Virus record (IMG/VR): IMGVR_UViG_3300042695_001243
Coordinates: 182 to 64,181 of that record
Length of the DNA stretch: 64,000 bases
Origin: a virus
Lineage: Duplodnaviria > Caudoviricetes
Direction: 5' to 3' (one strand)
This document shows, piece after piece, positions 18,901 to 26,734 of the stretch (the stretch's first letter is position 1; each line of letters opens with the position of its first letter). The notes beneath the pieces are model-generated. The model did no database searches, was not told where the DNA came from, and saw only the letters and a program-made list of their open reading frames with translations. Position numbers and translations under genes: made by a program.

Positions 18901-21900
18901 GCGCCGATGCTCCGAATCGCCCTTGCGATTGACAAACACCACGCCTGAGCTGCGCACCTTGCGCACCTCAAAGTCCTGCGCCGTCAGAGCATCCTTCTTG
19001 GGCTTTTCCTGGCCTTGCACAAGCGCCTTCACCTGCGCAACCTCATCCGGGCCAATGCGCCCCACCGGGAACACCATGGACGTGCCATCAACGGTGACAA
19101 ACGACGTGGGATTGGGCACCCACATCAGCGCGTCCAACTCACTGGGCAGCAATGCCCTCTTTTCTCCGGTAAGGGGGTTAGTGCGGTAATACTGCGACAT
19201 CCAGCGCTTGCCCTCTGGCCACTCGCTCGTAATGCCCTCAGCTTGCAATTCCTCATCCGACTTCCTGCGGAGTGAATTGGGGCGCTCGGCCACCTTATCA
19301 ATGCGGCCCCACGCCTCACGCGGCAATTGTTCCAACAGCCGAACCTTGGCCGCAAAGTCCGCCAGCGGCATGTCCGGCTTGGCCTGCTCGTCAAACTTCT
19401 CGCGCCACAGTGGCTTGTAGAAGTTTTGCAAAATGGTCCGAAAAGTCTTGACCTTCTCAACCCACGCTTTGACCTTATAAGCCTTGCGCGGCTTGGCTGG
19501 AATCTCGGCGCGGGCAGCAAACGTCAGCGCCGCTACAAAATCGTTCTCGATGCCCTCATGCGCATCGGCAGGAAAAATTTTTGAGAGCGGCAAACGCTCA
19601 ATCTCGTCGTCGCTAAGTTCATCGCGCAACGAGGGTGGCATGTCCTTTCGCGCGCCTTCGAGCTTCTGACCAAAGTCCTCAATCTTGGCTGGCGTTTGCT
19701 TCGGCTCTGCCGGCGCGTCAAACATGCTCTGCTGCCCGGTCAGGCTATCGAGCGGGTCTTGACCCATTTCAAACGTGTCGGCCGCGCGCACCGAAGCCTG
19801 CGCAATGCGCTTGCGCTCGTCGTCTTGCGCGGCCTTGGCATCGGCTGCGCGCTCCTGCGCCTTGCGCTCTCGCTCGGCACGCTCAAACGCCTCGGCCCGC
19901 TCGCGCAGGCTTTGCGGCGTGGATGCCGTCAGTAGCTCGTCTTGGGGCTCTGCGGCGTTGCGGGCTCGCTGGTCTCGTTGCCCTGCTGCATCTTGGGCGG
20001 GTCGGCTCGCTTGAGCTGGTCCAGCGTCTTGCGATCCTGCTGGTCGGGCTGCTTGCCCTCCAGCATATTCTTGAACAGACTCACGCCCTGCGGGCTGTTC
20101 CAGATTTTCTTGGCTTGCTCGTTCATTCTCGGGCCTCAGTCGGTTGATGATGTCGGTACGGCTGGCGTGTGGCACCGCCCCGAACATATCAAAGGCGGGC
20201 TTGTTCGCTTCAGTGTAGGCCATGTCGGCAGCCGCACCAAGCGCTTCCACCACGGGCTTGACGCTGCGCGCGTTGCGCACAAACAGGTCCAACACGTTGC
20301 CGACCAGAGGGTCGGCCGTCATGTCGATCTGCTGCGCGGCCTTGGCCAGAGCAATGCCTTTGCGGCGCGCATTCACCGCAATATCGGCGGCCTGCGTAAC
20401 CACGTCGCGGATATCCAGCGCGCCAGCGCCGTCCAGGCGGGCCATCTTTGAGGCAACTTGCGCCAGGGCCGACAGAATCATTCTGGCCTCTGGGTCTTGC
20501 GCCTGCGCGTACAGGCGCACGAGCTGGTCATTGCCGTAGGCGCGCGCAAATACGGCCGCGCTGATCCGGTCCACAGCCTGCTTGGTCGGCTGGCCGTCGG
20601 TGTCCAGTAGTCCGCCTTGCTCGGATTGCGGCATGGCGCGCACGAACTGGCGCACGGTATCGGACGTGATAGAGCCGTCTTCGGCGAACTGGAGCGCATC
20701 CAGGCTCACCCGCTGCGCGTCGTTCTTGGCCTGCTCCACCGGGGACAACGTAAGGTTGCCGACGGTGTTGGACAAGTCGCCGATGTCCGCAGTCAGGGAT
20801 TCCTTGGGCATGATACGCACCAGCACCGGCTGCTTCATGTCTGTGATGATGTTCTTGTCGATCCCGTGCAAGGCGTCGTCGGTCAGCTCCTTGAGGTAGC
20901 CGCTGGCCTTGCCATTGGCGTAGGCGCTCTGCAAGCCTGCGATGCGGCCGTTGCCAGCGATTGCGCGAATTGCCTGCACCTGGTCGTTGCCATAGTCCAC
21001 ATTGGCCGTGCCGTCGGACTTGTTGGATGCAAGCACTTGGTCTGCTTCGACCACAGCGTACTGCACGGGAATCCGTCGGCCATCGCTGGCCACCGCCACA
21101 TCTGACTTTCCGATCTGCATGGACGGAACCGATCCACCCAAGACCACGGGGGCACCATTGGCAAAGTCGCGCGAGAAGCCCAGCCGACCATAGTCGGGAT
21201 TGGCCGAAATGCTGGTCATCTGCGCGATTGAGGAAGGCGTCGCGCGGTTGCGGTTCTGGAGCACCATGCCGCCGCCTTGCGTCGTTGGCGCTGCATCTGT
21301 AGGCGCTGCAGACTTGCGTCGAATCACAAACCCAGGTGCGTCCGCCTGAACCTCGTTGGCCTGCACAACCTCGTGCGTTGCGCCCATCCCCAAGCGGTTG
21401 AGTTCGAGCTTTGCGGCCGCCTGAGTCGCAAACGGCGTACCGTTTTTCGTGGTGATGATGTTGAACAGCGGGTTGGCCGCATTTTCTTGCGCCGACGCTT
21501 CCCGCATGGACCCATCAAGGTCCAAATTTTCCCGATGAATGGCCGGAACCGCCTTACTTTTGCCACTCTTGGTGTACTGACGCAGGCGCTGTTTTTCGCT
21601 GTTCAGGTCGTCAGTACGGACCGTTACCGATTCGCCGTAGATGGTCTTGACTGTGGTGAACTCGGCAGGCTTCGCGCCTTGCGTTGCGCTCGTTGCCGCT
21701 GCTTGCGCTCCATTGTCCTGAGCCGGGGCGCCATTGGTCAGTGCCCGAACTTCTGATGCGCCAGCAGGGGCTTGCTGGGTGCTGCCTTCGATTGCTGCTC
21801 CTGCGGCTGGCGCTGTTCCTGCTTGCGTTGGTTGCGGGCTTGCTTCGATGGCTTGAGGGGCTTGAGGCTCACTGGTTACTCCTGGGGTGGTGGTTGCGGC

Positions 21901-23865
21901 TTGCACGGCGGGGGCGGCGCTGGGTGCCTCGGTGGCAGCGGGTGCAGGCTCTTGGGCAGCCTGGGTATTCGTGCCTTGCTGTTTCGCGGCACGAATCTGT
22001 GCGAATGCGTTTTTGAGGCTTTGGCCAAAGCTAGGCCCTGGGTGCGCCGTCTGACCGGCTGCGCCCATAGTGGCGGCTGGCGTACCTGTGAAGTTGCTGG
22101 GCTGTAGCCGGCCTGCTACTTGGCCCTGTTGCGCCTGGTTTGCTCCAGTACCCTGGCTCGGATTTGAGGGCTCATTCGCCTGAGCGCCAGGATTGCCAGC
22201 AGGATTGCCTTGCGTGCTTTGGGATCGGCTGGAAGTGGTGGCAATAGCATCTTGAATTTCCTCCTCGGTAGCGCCAGTGGCGCGTAACAATTGATCGTCG
22301 CTCACGTTGCCGGAAGCGCCTGCATCGGCTATGACAGCAGCATTTTCCGCATAGCTGGCTGCCATGGGATCAGCGTCAAGGCTTTCAAAATACTGTAGGA
22401 CAAAGGCTTGATCCCAAGGGTCAGCATCCTCGAAGTCGATTTCCCGATAGCCCGGATTTGTTGGCTCGGTCACGCCAGTGTCAATCGCGGTCAGCGCAGC
22501 GGCAGACAATGATCCACCTTGCGCGGCGGCGGCTGCAACCTGCTCACGAACGGGGTTGACTGGCCTGGGCTCTACATCAGTCACATCGCCCACATAGGAG
22601 GGCACTTGATAGGCTGGTGTACGGGCTGTGCCGTCTGCACCCACCTGAATCACGCCGGGGTCTGGTGCTGGCAATGCCAGTGTTGGGCCGGGCGCTGGTG
22701 GTTGTGCTGGTGGTTGTGCTGGTGGTTGTGCGGGAGGCTGGCCCATAGCGTCCACTACCTGCCGGATGCCTGCCAGCATTTGAGTATTGGCATCCTGATC
22801 TACTACGCCTGCAGCCTTATTGAATGCCTTACTTCCCAAGGCCATAGCGCTACCGCTTCCAAGGCCCAACAGCGACTCATCAATCACATCGCCCGCGTCC
22901 ACCTTGCCGTAAGCGAACTTTTGCCCTGCTGCCTCGGATACGCCTTCACCCACCATCTCGGCACCGATAACACCTGCGCCTCGTAGCGTATTCGCCCCCA
23001 GCGTGTTGCGTGCTGCATTGGCTGCTTCTAGCCGCGCCAGAGTCGCGCTTGCGTCTGCGGCGCTGATAGTGCCAGCCTTGACAGCTTCTGCCAGCGTGCG
23101 CGCTTCCTTGGCTATCGTTCGCCCACCCAGGCCAGCCAGGCCCATGGTTGCAACATTAAAGACAGCATCAGTACCAGCCGTGCCTACGCCCTTGCGCTGT
23201 GCGGCAGATTCAAACTCGGGCAATTTCTCGCCCACCATGGCAGAAACCTGGTCCTGGCTCCGGATGTCAATGCCGCGAGCTTGTGCCTCTTTCTGCACTT
23301 GCTCCTGCATGGCCGCACCTTTTTCCAGGCCATAGCCACCCGCAAATCCCCCAGCAATACCGCCCAGCACGCCACCCACAGCAGTGCCCACACCCGGCGC
23401 GACTGCAGTGCCCAGCGCCGCGCCAGCCTTCGCGCCAGCAAAGCCGCCAGCCAATGCTGGGAGAGAGTTGGGCAATTGCTCGGCAACCATCTTGGCTGCC
23501 TCGCCTGGGTTGGACAGTAGCTGCCCTGCACGCTTGAAACCCGCTGCACCCCAAGCCTTGACGTTATCGACAAGCCCCTCGGCTTTGTTTGCCGCGTCCA
23601 CGTAGGGGGCAAATTCCTCTGCCATTTTGCGCTGCAGTTCCGTCTGCGGCAGCGCCGTAGCCGCTTGCTCGGCGGCGATCTTGGCGATGGTCTTTGGATC
23701 GCTGGTCAGCGCAGTACGCGCTGAATCAATGGCGCGGCTTGCGCCTTGTTTAACTCGGGAGCCGATGCCGTGATCTTCAGCGCCTAAAAAGGCGTCAATA
23801 TCGCTTTGTTTGGCGGGCTGGCTACCCGTAGGCTTGCCGTTGAGAAAGTCGTCTATTTGGCTCAT
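12952..23865 (-). CDS. Giant polyvalent virion protein, 3637 aa (ParB-like, LPD-type, zincin HExxH, ADP-ribosyltransferase-like, PLxRFG domains)
   Basis: LQNRNR/IAGNGR, KIEDFGQKLEGARKD, LAHEWFHALD, FHEVLGHYGL, VVYHGT, YAPLSRFG motifs. Confidence 0.85.
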   Translation of the reverse strand: MSQIDDFLNGKPTGSQPAKQSDIDAFLGAEDHGIGSRVKQGASRAIDSARTALTSDPKTIAKIAAEQAATALPQTELQRKMAEEFAPYVDAANKAEGLVDNVKAWGAAGFKRAGQLLSNPGEAAKMVAEQLPNSLPALAGGFAGAKAGAALGTAVAPGVGTAVGGVLGGIAGGFAGGYGLEKGAAMQEQVQKEAQARGIDIRSQDQVSAMVGEKLPEFESAAQRKGVGTAGTDAVFNVATMGLAGLGGRTIAKEARTLAEAVKAGTISAADASATLARLEAANAARNTLGANTLRGAGVIGAEMVGEGVSEAAGQKFAYGKVDAGDVIDESLLGLGSGSAMALGSKAFNKAAGVVDQDANTQMLAGIRQVVDAMGQPPAQPPAQPPAQPPAPGPTLALPAPDPGVIQVGADGTARTPAYQVPSYVGDVTDVEPRPVNPVREQVAAAAAQGGSLSAAALTAIDTGVTEPTNPGYREIDFEDADPWDQAFVLQYFESLDADPMAASYAENAAVIADAGASGNVSDDQLLRATGATEEEIQDAIATTSSRSQSTQGNPAGNPGAQANEPSNPSQGTGANQAQQGQVAGRLQPSNFTGTPAATMGAAGQTAHPGPSFGQSLKNAFAQIRAAKQQGTNTQAAQEPAPAATEAPSAAPAVQAATTTPGVTSEPQAPQAIEASPQPTQAGTAPAAGAAIEGSTQQAPAGASEVRALTNGAPAQDNGAQAAATSATQGAKPAEFTTVKTIYGESVTVRTDDLNSEKQRLRQYTKSGKSKAVPAIHRENLDLDGSMREASAQENAANPLFNIITTKNGTPFATQAAAKLELNRLGMGATHEVVQANEVQADAPGFVIRRKSAAPTDAAPTTQGGGMVLQNRNRATPSSIAQMTSISANPDYGRLGFSRDFANGAPVVLGGSVPSMQIGKSDVAVASDGRRIPVQYAVVEADQVLASNKSDGTANVDYGNDQVQAIRAIAGNGRIAGLQSAYANGKASGYLKELTDDALHGIDKNIITDMKQPVLVRIMPKESLTADIGDLSNTVGNLTLSPVEQAKNDAQRVSLDALQFAEDGSITSDTVRQFVRAMPQSEQGGLLDTDGQPTKQAVDRISAAVFARAYGNDQLVRLYAQAQDPEARMILSALAQVASKMARLDGAGALDIRDVVTQAADIAVNARRKGIALAKAAQQIDMTADPLVGNVLDLFVRNARSVKPVVEALGAAADMAYTEANKPAFDMFGAVPHASRTDIINRLRPENERASQENLEQPAGRESVQEYAGGQAARPAGSQDAGPAQASRPAQDAAGQRDQRARNAAEPQDELLTASTPQSLRERAEAFERAERERKAQERAADAKAAQDDERKRIAQASVRAADTFEMGQDPLDSLTGQQSMFDAPAEPKQTPAKIEDFGQKLEGARKDMPPSLRDELSDDEIERLPLSKIFPADAHEGIENDFVAALTFAARAEIPAKPRKAYKVKAWVEKVKTFRTILQNFYKPLWREKFDEQAKPDMPLADFAAKVRLLEQLPREAWGRIDKVAERPNSLRRKSDEELQAEGITSEWPEGKRWMSQYYRTNPLTGEKRALLPSELDALMWVPNPTSFVTVDGTSMVFPVGRIGPDEVAQVKALVQGQEKPKKDALTAQDFEVRKVRSSGVVFVNRKGDSEHRRLKEFTGTDAVEQARKWLNESTAEAQAAWELVKARDNVGKADMRREENRERIGQDRRKGRDVTEDMFTQAFGFRGVQFGNWVAQGKGAKDRQGLLNDAYDGLLDLAELLGIPSRAISLNGTLGLSLGARGSGKHAAHFEPSNLVINLTKTRGAGSLAHEWFHALDNYFSRMRGGEVPFNGDQDAYRRSNYVTYKPEAAWVPKMGKRFVGPRTSAQLREWLKSRGLYDEAKTLEENAAANAFERDPSHKEGVRPEVEKAFSDLVQALNDSPMAKRSSMLDKSASGYWSRIIERAARSFENYVISKMAQHGRSNDFLANIRSWDEWLASGKNDERYPYLKPEEEAPIAQAFDALFDTVQTRTDEDGNVAMFSRSANSPAFRKDVGQDQTTPSAESNAWREAAQKLVERLSAKWYRKPEIIVVRNLQDADIPQRVRDYDAELRSQGSDGEARGFIYKGKVYLLSDMLNSPQDVAEVLFHEVLGHYGLRAVFGDSLKPILQQIGTMRRKDVLAKAREYGMVDKDLNDVDAWNALSEKRRLSAAEEVLAEMAESHPTIGFVQRAIAAIRTWLRANVPGFKNLALTDAEIVRSYILPAQGYVTRRNETPMQSLQRAMLAFSRGSNDGTSDNHAELKAVEQAYGGRQAWEKAKAEGKTKLTYGQWLQVRTPKFKAWFGDWELASQKLRQASTFGQARIEAKAFQGKPIFSLDGVKAIVSRSNLDKMLSASAVHKSESAAEHSLAVANIDMLFAQAVTGWVKSDRDSNPNVIGLRRMFAPMRVGDQARLVKMTVKEFAGVQGNRVYSVEAIAVENEVSPVPEMVDADRTNGSRLLTGPTGLASILVDRIQKFNPATVSKVVDPDTGEPLVVYHGTANDFEAFDIDLGDLGAHFGSKDQANDISKMKSDSGQSLGLRSVPVYLNLQNPLRLEDLGAWTGQLVVPQLKQFGILQTDAASDKFKGVFGRKKLRKAIEAAGFDGVVYENTRESKGNSHIAFTPAQIKSAIGNNGNFDPQDDRINFSRSKLTSLKESALDQVHKTLSYPGKVSLWDKTVGTMRHLAERSAVFKPVFEAAQRFIDDVSTLANEVADAAPRLLPRIETLADIIKKKPISAEDNKAIARPLFEGTLLWGRDADGKAVLVNDLEKKYANLPADKKAQMMLRAGRLDAGVLKMWRGLPLDQYESAINTRFQSTILKSGVVWSEQELKSLFNATPLQISLYQEARAAIDRSIDITARADMLRLLGVDYAAMRDAVMQAPSMTDALTLLVDTLELEATEMPDQRERLADQMHQLRKRFDTAQELIAQGYAPLSRFGRHTLDVVDANGERQYFGMFETAREANLMKLKMRDQYEGATVTQGTMSQEEYKLFAGITPESLELFGNMLGLDAEGDGAQDKAFQQYIKLTKNNNSALKRLIHRKGIAGYSEDVGRVLASFVYSNARQAAGGLNAGTMEAAINNIPKEQGELKDVALGLQSYIRDPQEEGQAIRGMLFAQYLGGSVASAFVNMTQPFAVTMPYLSQFGGMRRASAQLTRAVKDVGKKDFKGEPDLQRALHQAVEDGTVAPQEIHMLMAQARGAGGLRSGDGTRRGDARAAASNTWERTKVLWGQPFALAEQFNRRSTFIAAFRMAKAQGMQNPADFARKAVLETQFLYSKANKAQWARGALGGTLMTFKTYSVSYLELLQRTWNAGTPGSPAFHAERAAGRRAVAWSMVMLMLMGGAGGLPFAEDLEDLIDGIGQLMGYNVSVKQWRKEAMRDTLGKELANFIESGVSGMPGAPIDVSGRLGMGNLIPGTGLLLTKENRDRDMLEIAGPAGDLISRGFTGARKFLTGDFSGSALEVSPSAVRNAVKGVDMAASGMYKDAKGYKVLDTTLPEAMAKAIGFQPRSVAEVQQASAFTQRSKSFYSQTSNEIKAQWATALFNKDDAALQDVRDRLDAWNRNNPDQRITVRMPDVWKRVREMGKDRLQRIAETAPKALRQQMREELERTRSTG
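22696..22731. repeat. 3 x 12-bp tandem repeat (PPAQ linker)
   Basis: (TGGTGGTTGTGC)3. Confidence 0.8.
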
Positions 23866-23899
23866 CCCCACAGTCTTGCGTGCCAGGCGATTGCGGGCA

Positions 23900-23914
23900 A
23901 ACCAGACAGGGGGG
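23900..23914 (-). promoter_or_regulatory. Late-promoter motif copy 2
   Basis: AACCAGACAGGGGGG. Confidence 0.7.
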
Positions 23915-23934
23915 CGACCTGCTAAAGTCTTGAC

Positions 23935-24600
23935 ATGGAGGACTTGACCGTGAGCGATCTTCTGACTATGGCATTGGTGGCACTTTCCATCGCATTCACA
24001 TCGTCGATGGCTCACGCGCAGGTCAACCGTTGCATTGATGCGAACGGCAAAGTGCTCTACTCAGACAGGATATGCGATGCCGGTCAACGCGGCGGCCAGA
24101 TAGAGCGTCGAAAGACACGCGATGAAATCTACCGGGAGCGACTGCAAGCGCTGGATGCAGAGGATCGCAAGCAACAACAAAATCTCATAGAGCAGCAGCG
24201 CGAGGCAGCGCAATACAACGCGCGGGCATATCAACAGGCTCCTGTATTGCGCCACTCTGGTAACGACTGGGCAGCACGCAAGGCGCTTGAGAACTCAGCC
24301 ACTTCCGCGAGAAGCATTACAAACAATGGAGGCAAGTGGGACTCAAACGCTGAAGCAGAGCGCGCCCGCGCCCGCCATGAAGAAAACCTAAAGCGTATGG
24401 CGGAAGAAAATCAGCGTGCTCAATTGGAGGCCGCTACGCGCATAAGGCCAACAGCGATTACCAACTGCTTCGGCTATCAATGCCGCGACAACATGGGCGG
24501 CTCATACAACCGCGCCACCGGAGACAAGAACTTGATGATCGGCCCCGAAGGGCAGCGATGTACTTGGTTTGAACCAAGCAGGCAGTGGCAGTGCCGATAG
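23935..24600 (+). CDS. Exported DUF4124-like protein; candidate superinfection-exclusion factor
   Basis: Signal peptide (AHA/Q), RCIDANGKVLYSDRIC motif, C-terminal Cys domain; alternative start GTG 23950 after GGAGG. Confidence 0.8.
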   Translation: MEDLTVSDLLTMALVALSIAFTSSMAHAQVNRCIDANGKVLYSDRICDAGQRGGQIERRKTRDEIYRERLQALDAEDRKQQQNLIEQQREAAQYNARAYQQAPVLRHSGNDWAARKALENSATSARSITNNGGKWDSNAEAERARARHEENLKRMAEENQRAQLEAATRIRPTAITNCFGYQCRDNMGGSYNRATGDKNLMIGPEGQRCTWFEPSRQWQCR

Positions 24601-24652
24601 CCTGCTTGTTTGAACCATTGCGCATTCCAGGCATGGTGATTAAGCGTCGGCG

Positions 24653-26662
24653 TCAGTACCCCATCTTCCGCAATTCTTCAACCTTTTGATCGCGGGTTAG
24701 GTTTTTGTTATCCCGGATGGCAATTGCTCTGGCATTTTTATCCAGTTGTGGCAATGCGCCGGCCGAATCCGAAAACACGCCGGTCTGCTCATTGAAAACG
24801 CGGTCTGGCACCTTGTAAGGCACGCCGTTCGCGTCGAATTGCTGCCCGCCTGATGCCACCTTGTACCGCGCAGGCTGCTCCTTACCCTGAAACTCGCGGA
24901 TCTGACGCGCAAGGGCTGCCTGCTTTGCAGGGTCTTTCTCTGTGGTGTAGGCGTTTTGCAGGTTCTCCAGCTGCTGCGCAGCCCGTGTCTGGAACCCTTG
25001 CGCCTCGCGCTTCATGCTCAACTCTTGCCCCGCAAGGTTTATGCGGTTTGCATCGCGCGCATTGGCTCCAGCTTCCTGCATCCCTGTGCGGGTTGTGGCG
25101 CCTGTTTGTTGCATATCCTCGCGCTGAATGCCTGCGTTTTCACGCATAGCCGTCACGTCCGCTACTGGTTGGGCTTGTTGCAAAGCCTGATCGGTGGCCA
25201 GTGCAGCCTTGTAGGCAGCCATGGCGGCAGAATCACCCTTGCCACTTTTGTCCCAGCGCCCGCCGTTGTTGGTGATTGAGCTTGCAGAAACCTCCAGATT
25301 GCGCAGGTTGTTGCGGGCCTGCCAGTCATTTGTGCTGTTGCGTACCGTGGGCGCTGTCACGCCTCGAGAGCCGTTAGCGCCAGGGAACCCAGCGGCTACT
25401 GGCATCGCCGGAGTGCTTGAGCTCTTGGGCGCGAGACTGTCTGAAGCCGCCATGTTTTGCGTGCTTGGCTGTGCGGTGATCCCTCCAGGCAAGGCCGTTC
25501 CGGTGGGAGTATCGCTGTACTGGCCGGGCGCGTTGCGGTACACACCTGGGGCGATTGCGGCTGCAGAAGACGGCGCGGCAGACGGCGCGGCAGGTGCTGC
25601 GCTCGGGTCCACTGCGGGAGGGTTGGCCACGCCGCGCCCGCCACCAGCAACCGTAGCAGCGGGTGCGGCAGGCGCCGCGCTTGCAGTAGGAGCGGCGGGA
25701 GGCTGTGCAGCGTCGTCGCTGCCAAAGAGGCCGCGACCAAAACCGACTGCTGCATTCAATACAGGCGTTGCTGCCTTGTCAGCCATCTCGATGCCGTACA
25801 TCGGAAGACCCTGCACAGATGTGCGTAGGGCGGTACCGGCAGCCTGCGCATAGTTGCCAGCGCCGACCTGATCTCGCATTTCTTGCACACGATCTTGAAC
25901 GTAAAGACCTGTAGGGCTGGCGTCCTTCGTTGCAGCGACTGGTTTATTGGCAGGCTGCTCTGGCGGGCGATTGGCGGCAGCGGCCTGCGCGCCTTGTACG
26001 TACATGGAAGTCTGGTTCTGTAGTCGCGCCTGTTCCTCGCGGGTTTTGACCGTGCCACCATCATTAAAAAACTGCTGTGGCTCGCCCCTGGGTTTGAATC
26101 CGAGCGCCATAGGTTGTTCACCCTCTGCGGCCTCGTCGTCGCCCTGCCCTGTCGGCGCATGGGTCACGCCCTTGATGGCATCCAGCACAGCCGCGCCGAT
26201 AGCCTGTACCCGCTCTGGGGGCAATTCGTACTCACCATTGCTCACGCGGACAGGCACCTTCTCGCCCTCTGCCGCCTCATCGTCCAGACCCAGCGCCTGC
26301 GTGGAATCGGCAGGCATGATGAACGTGCCGGGTTCCATTTCGTCGGGAATCGAATCGCTTGTGCCGGTTCCAGGCCCACGGATCATCCCGCCATTTGCCA
26401 AACCCTGCTCTTTCTCACGGCGCTGCATGGCACTCATGCCAGAGTATTGAGTAATTGCAGCGGGTGCGGGTGCTGGTGCAGCCGCTGCCTTTTTGGCTGC
26501 TTCCCTCTCACGCGCAGAGTTGGCCCTGTATTCGGCCAGTGCTGCGGCGCGCGCAGGGTCCTCTGGCTTAAATCCAAGCGCGCGCTTGAAGCCATCGACA
26601 AGACCGCCGTCTGCGAATTGCTGCACAGGCTTGCGCTGCGCTTTTGGTTGGAAACCGTACAT
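24653..26662 (-). CDS. Internal virion / DNA ejection protein
   Basis: A/Q/P-rich 669 aa, FADGG-type repeats, GPGTGTSDSIP motif, upstream of giant protein. Confidence 0.7.
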   Translation of the reverse strand: MYGFQPKAQRKPVQQFADGGLVDGFKRALGFKPEDPARAAALAEYRANSAREREAAKKAAAAPAPAPAAITQYSGMSAMQRREKEQGLANGGMIRGPGTGTSDSIPDEMEPGTFIMPADSTQALGLDDEAAEGEKVPVRVSNGEYELPPERVQAIGAAVLDAIKGVTHAPTGQGDDEAAEGEQPMALGFKPRGEPQQFFNDGGTVKTREEQARLQNQTSMYVQGAQAAAANRPPEQPANKPVAATKDASPTGLYVQDRVQEMRDQVGAGNYAQAAGTALRTSVQGLPMYGIEMADKAATPVLNAAVGFGRGLFGSDDAAQPPAAPTASAAPAAPAATVAGGGRGVANPPAVDPSAAPAAPSAAPSSAAAIAPGVYRNAPGQYSDTPTGTALPGGITAQPSTQNMAASDSLAPKSSSTPAMPVAAGFPGANGSRGVTAPTVRNSTNDWQARNNLRNLEVSASSITNNGGRWDKSGKGDSAAMAAYKAALATDQALQQAQPVADVTAMRENAGIQREDMQQTGATTRTGMQEAGANARDANRINLAGQELSMKREAQGFQTRAAQQLENLQNAYTTEKDPAKQAALARQIREFQGKEQPARYKVASGGQQFDANGVPYKVPDRVFNEQTGVFSDSAGALPQLDKNARAIAIRDNKNLTRDQKVEELRKMGY

Positions 26663-26717
26663 GGCTGCCCCTATTGATTCGTTCAGGCGATTGTTCCGGG
26701 AAATCGCAGTACCCCAT

Positions 26718-26732
26718 AACCTGATAGGGGGG
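26718..26732 (-). promoter_or_regulatory. Late-promoter motif copy 3
   Basis: AACCTGATAGGGGGG. Confidence 0.7.
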
Positions 26733-26734
26733 CA

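Noticed and set aside
23866-24015. 50-aa N-terminal extension of the giant ORF in the track
   Set aside because: Overlaps the late-promoter motif and the divergent gene; ATG 23865 fits the promoter geometry.
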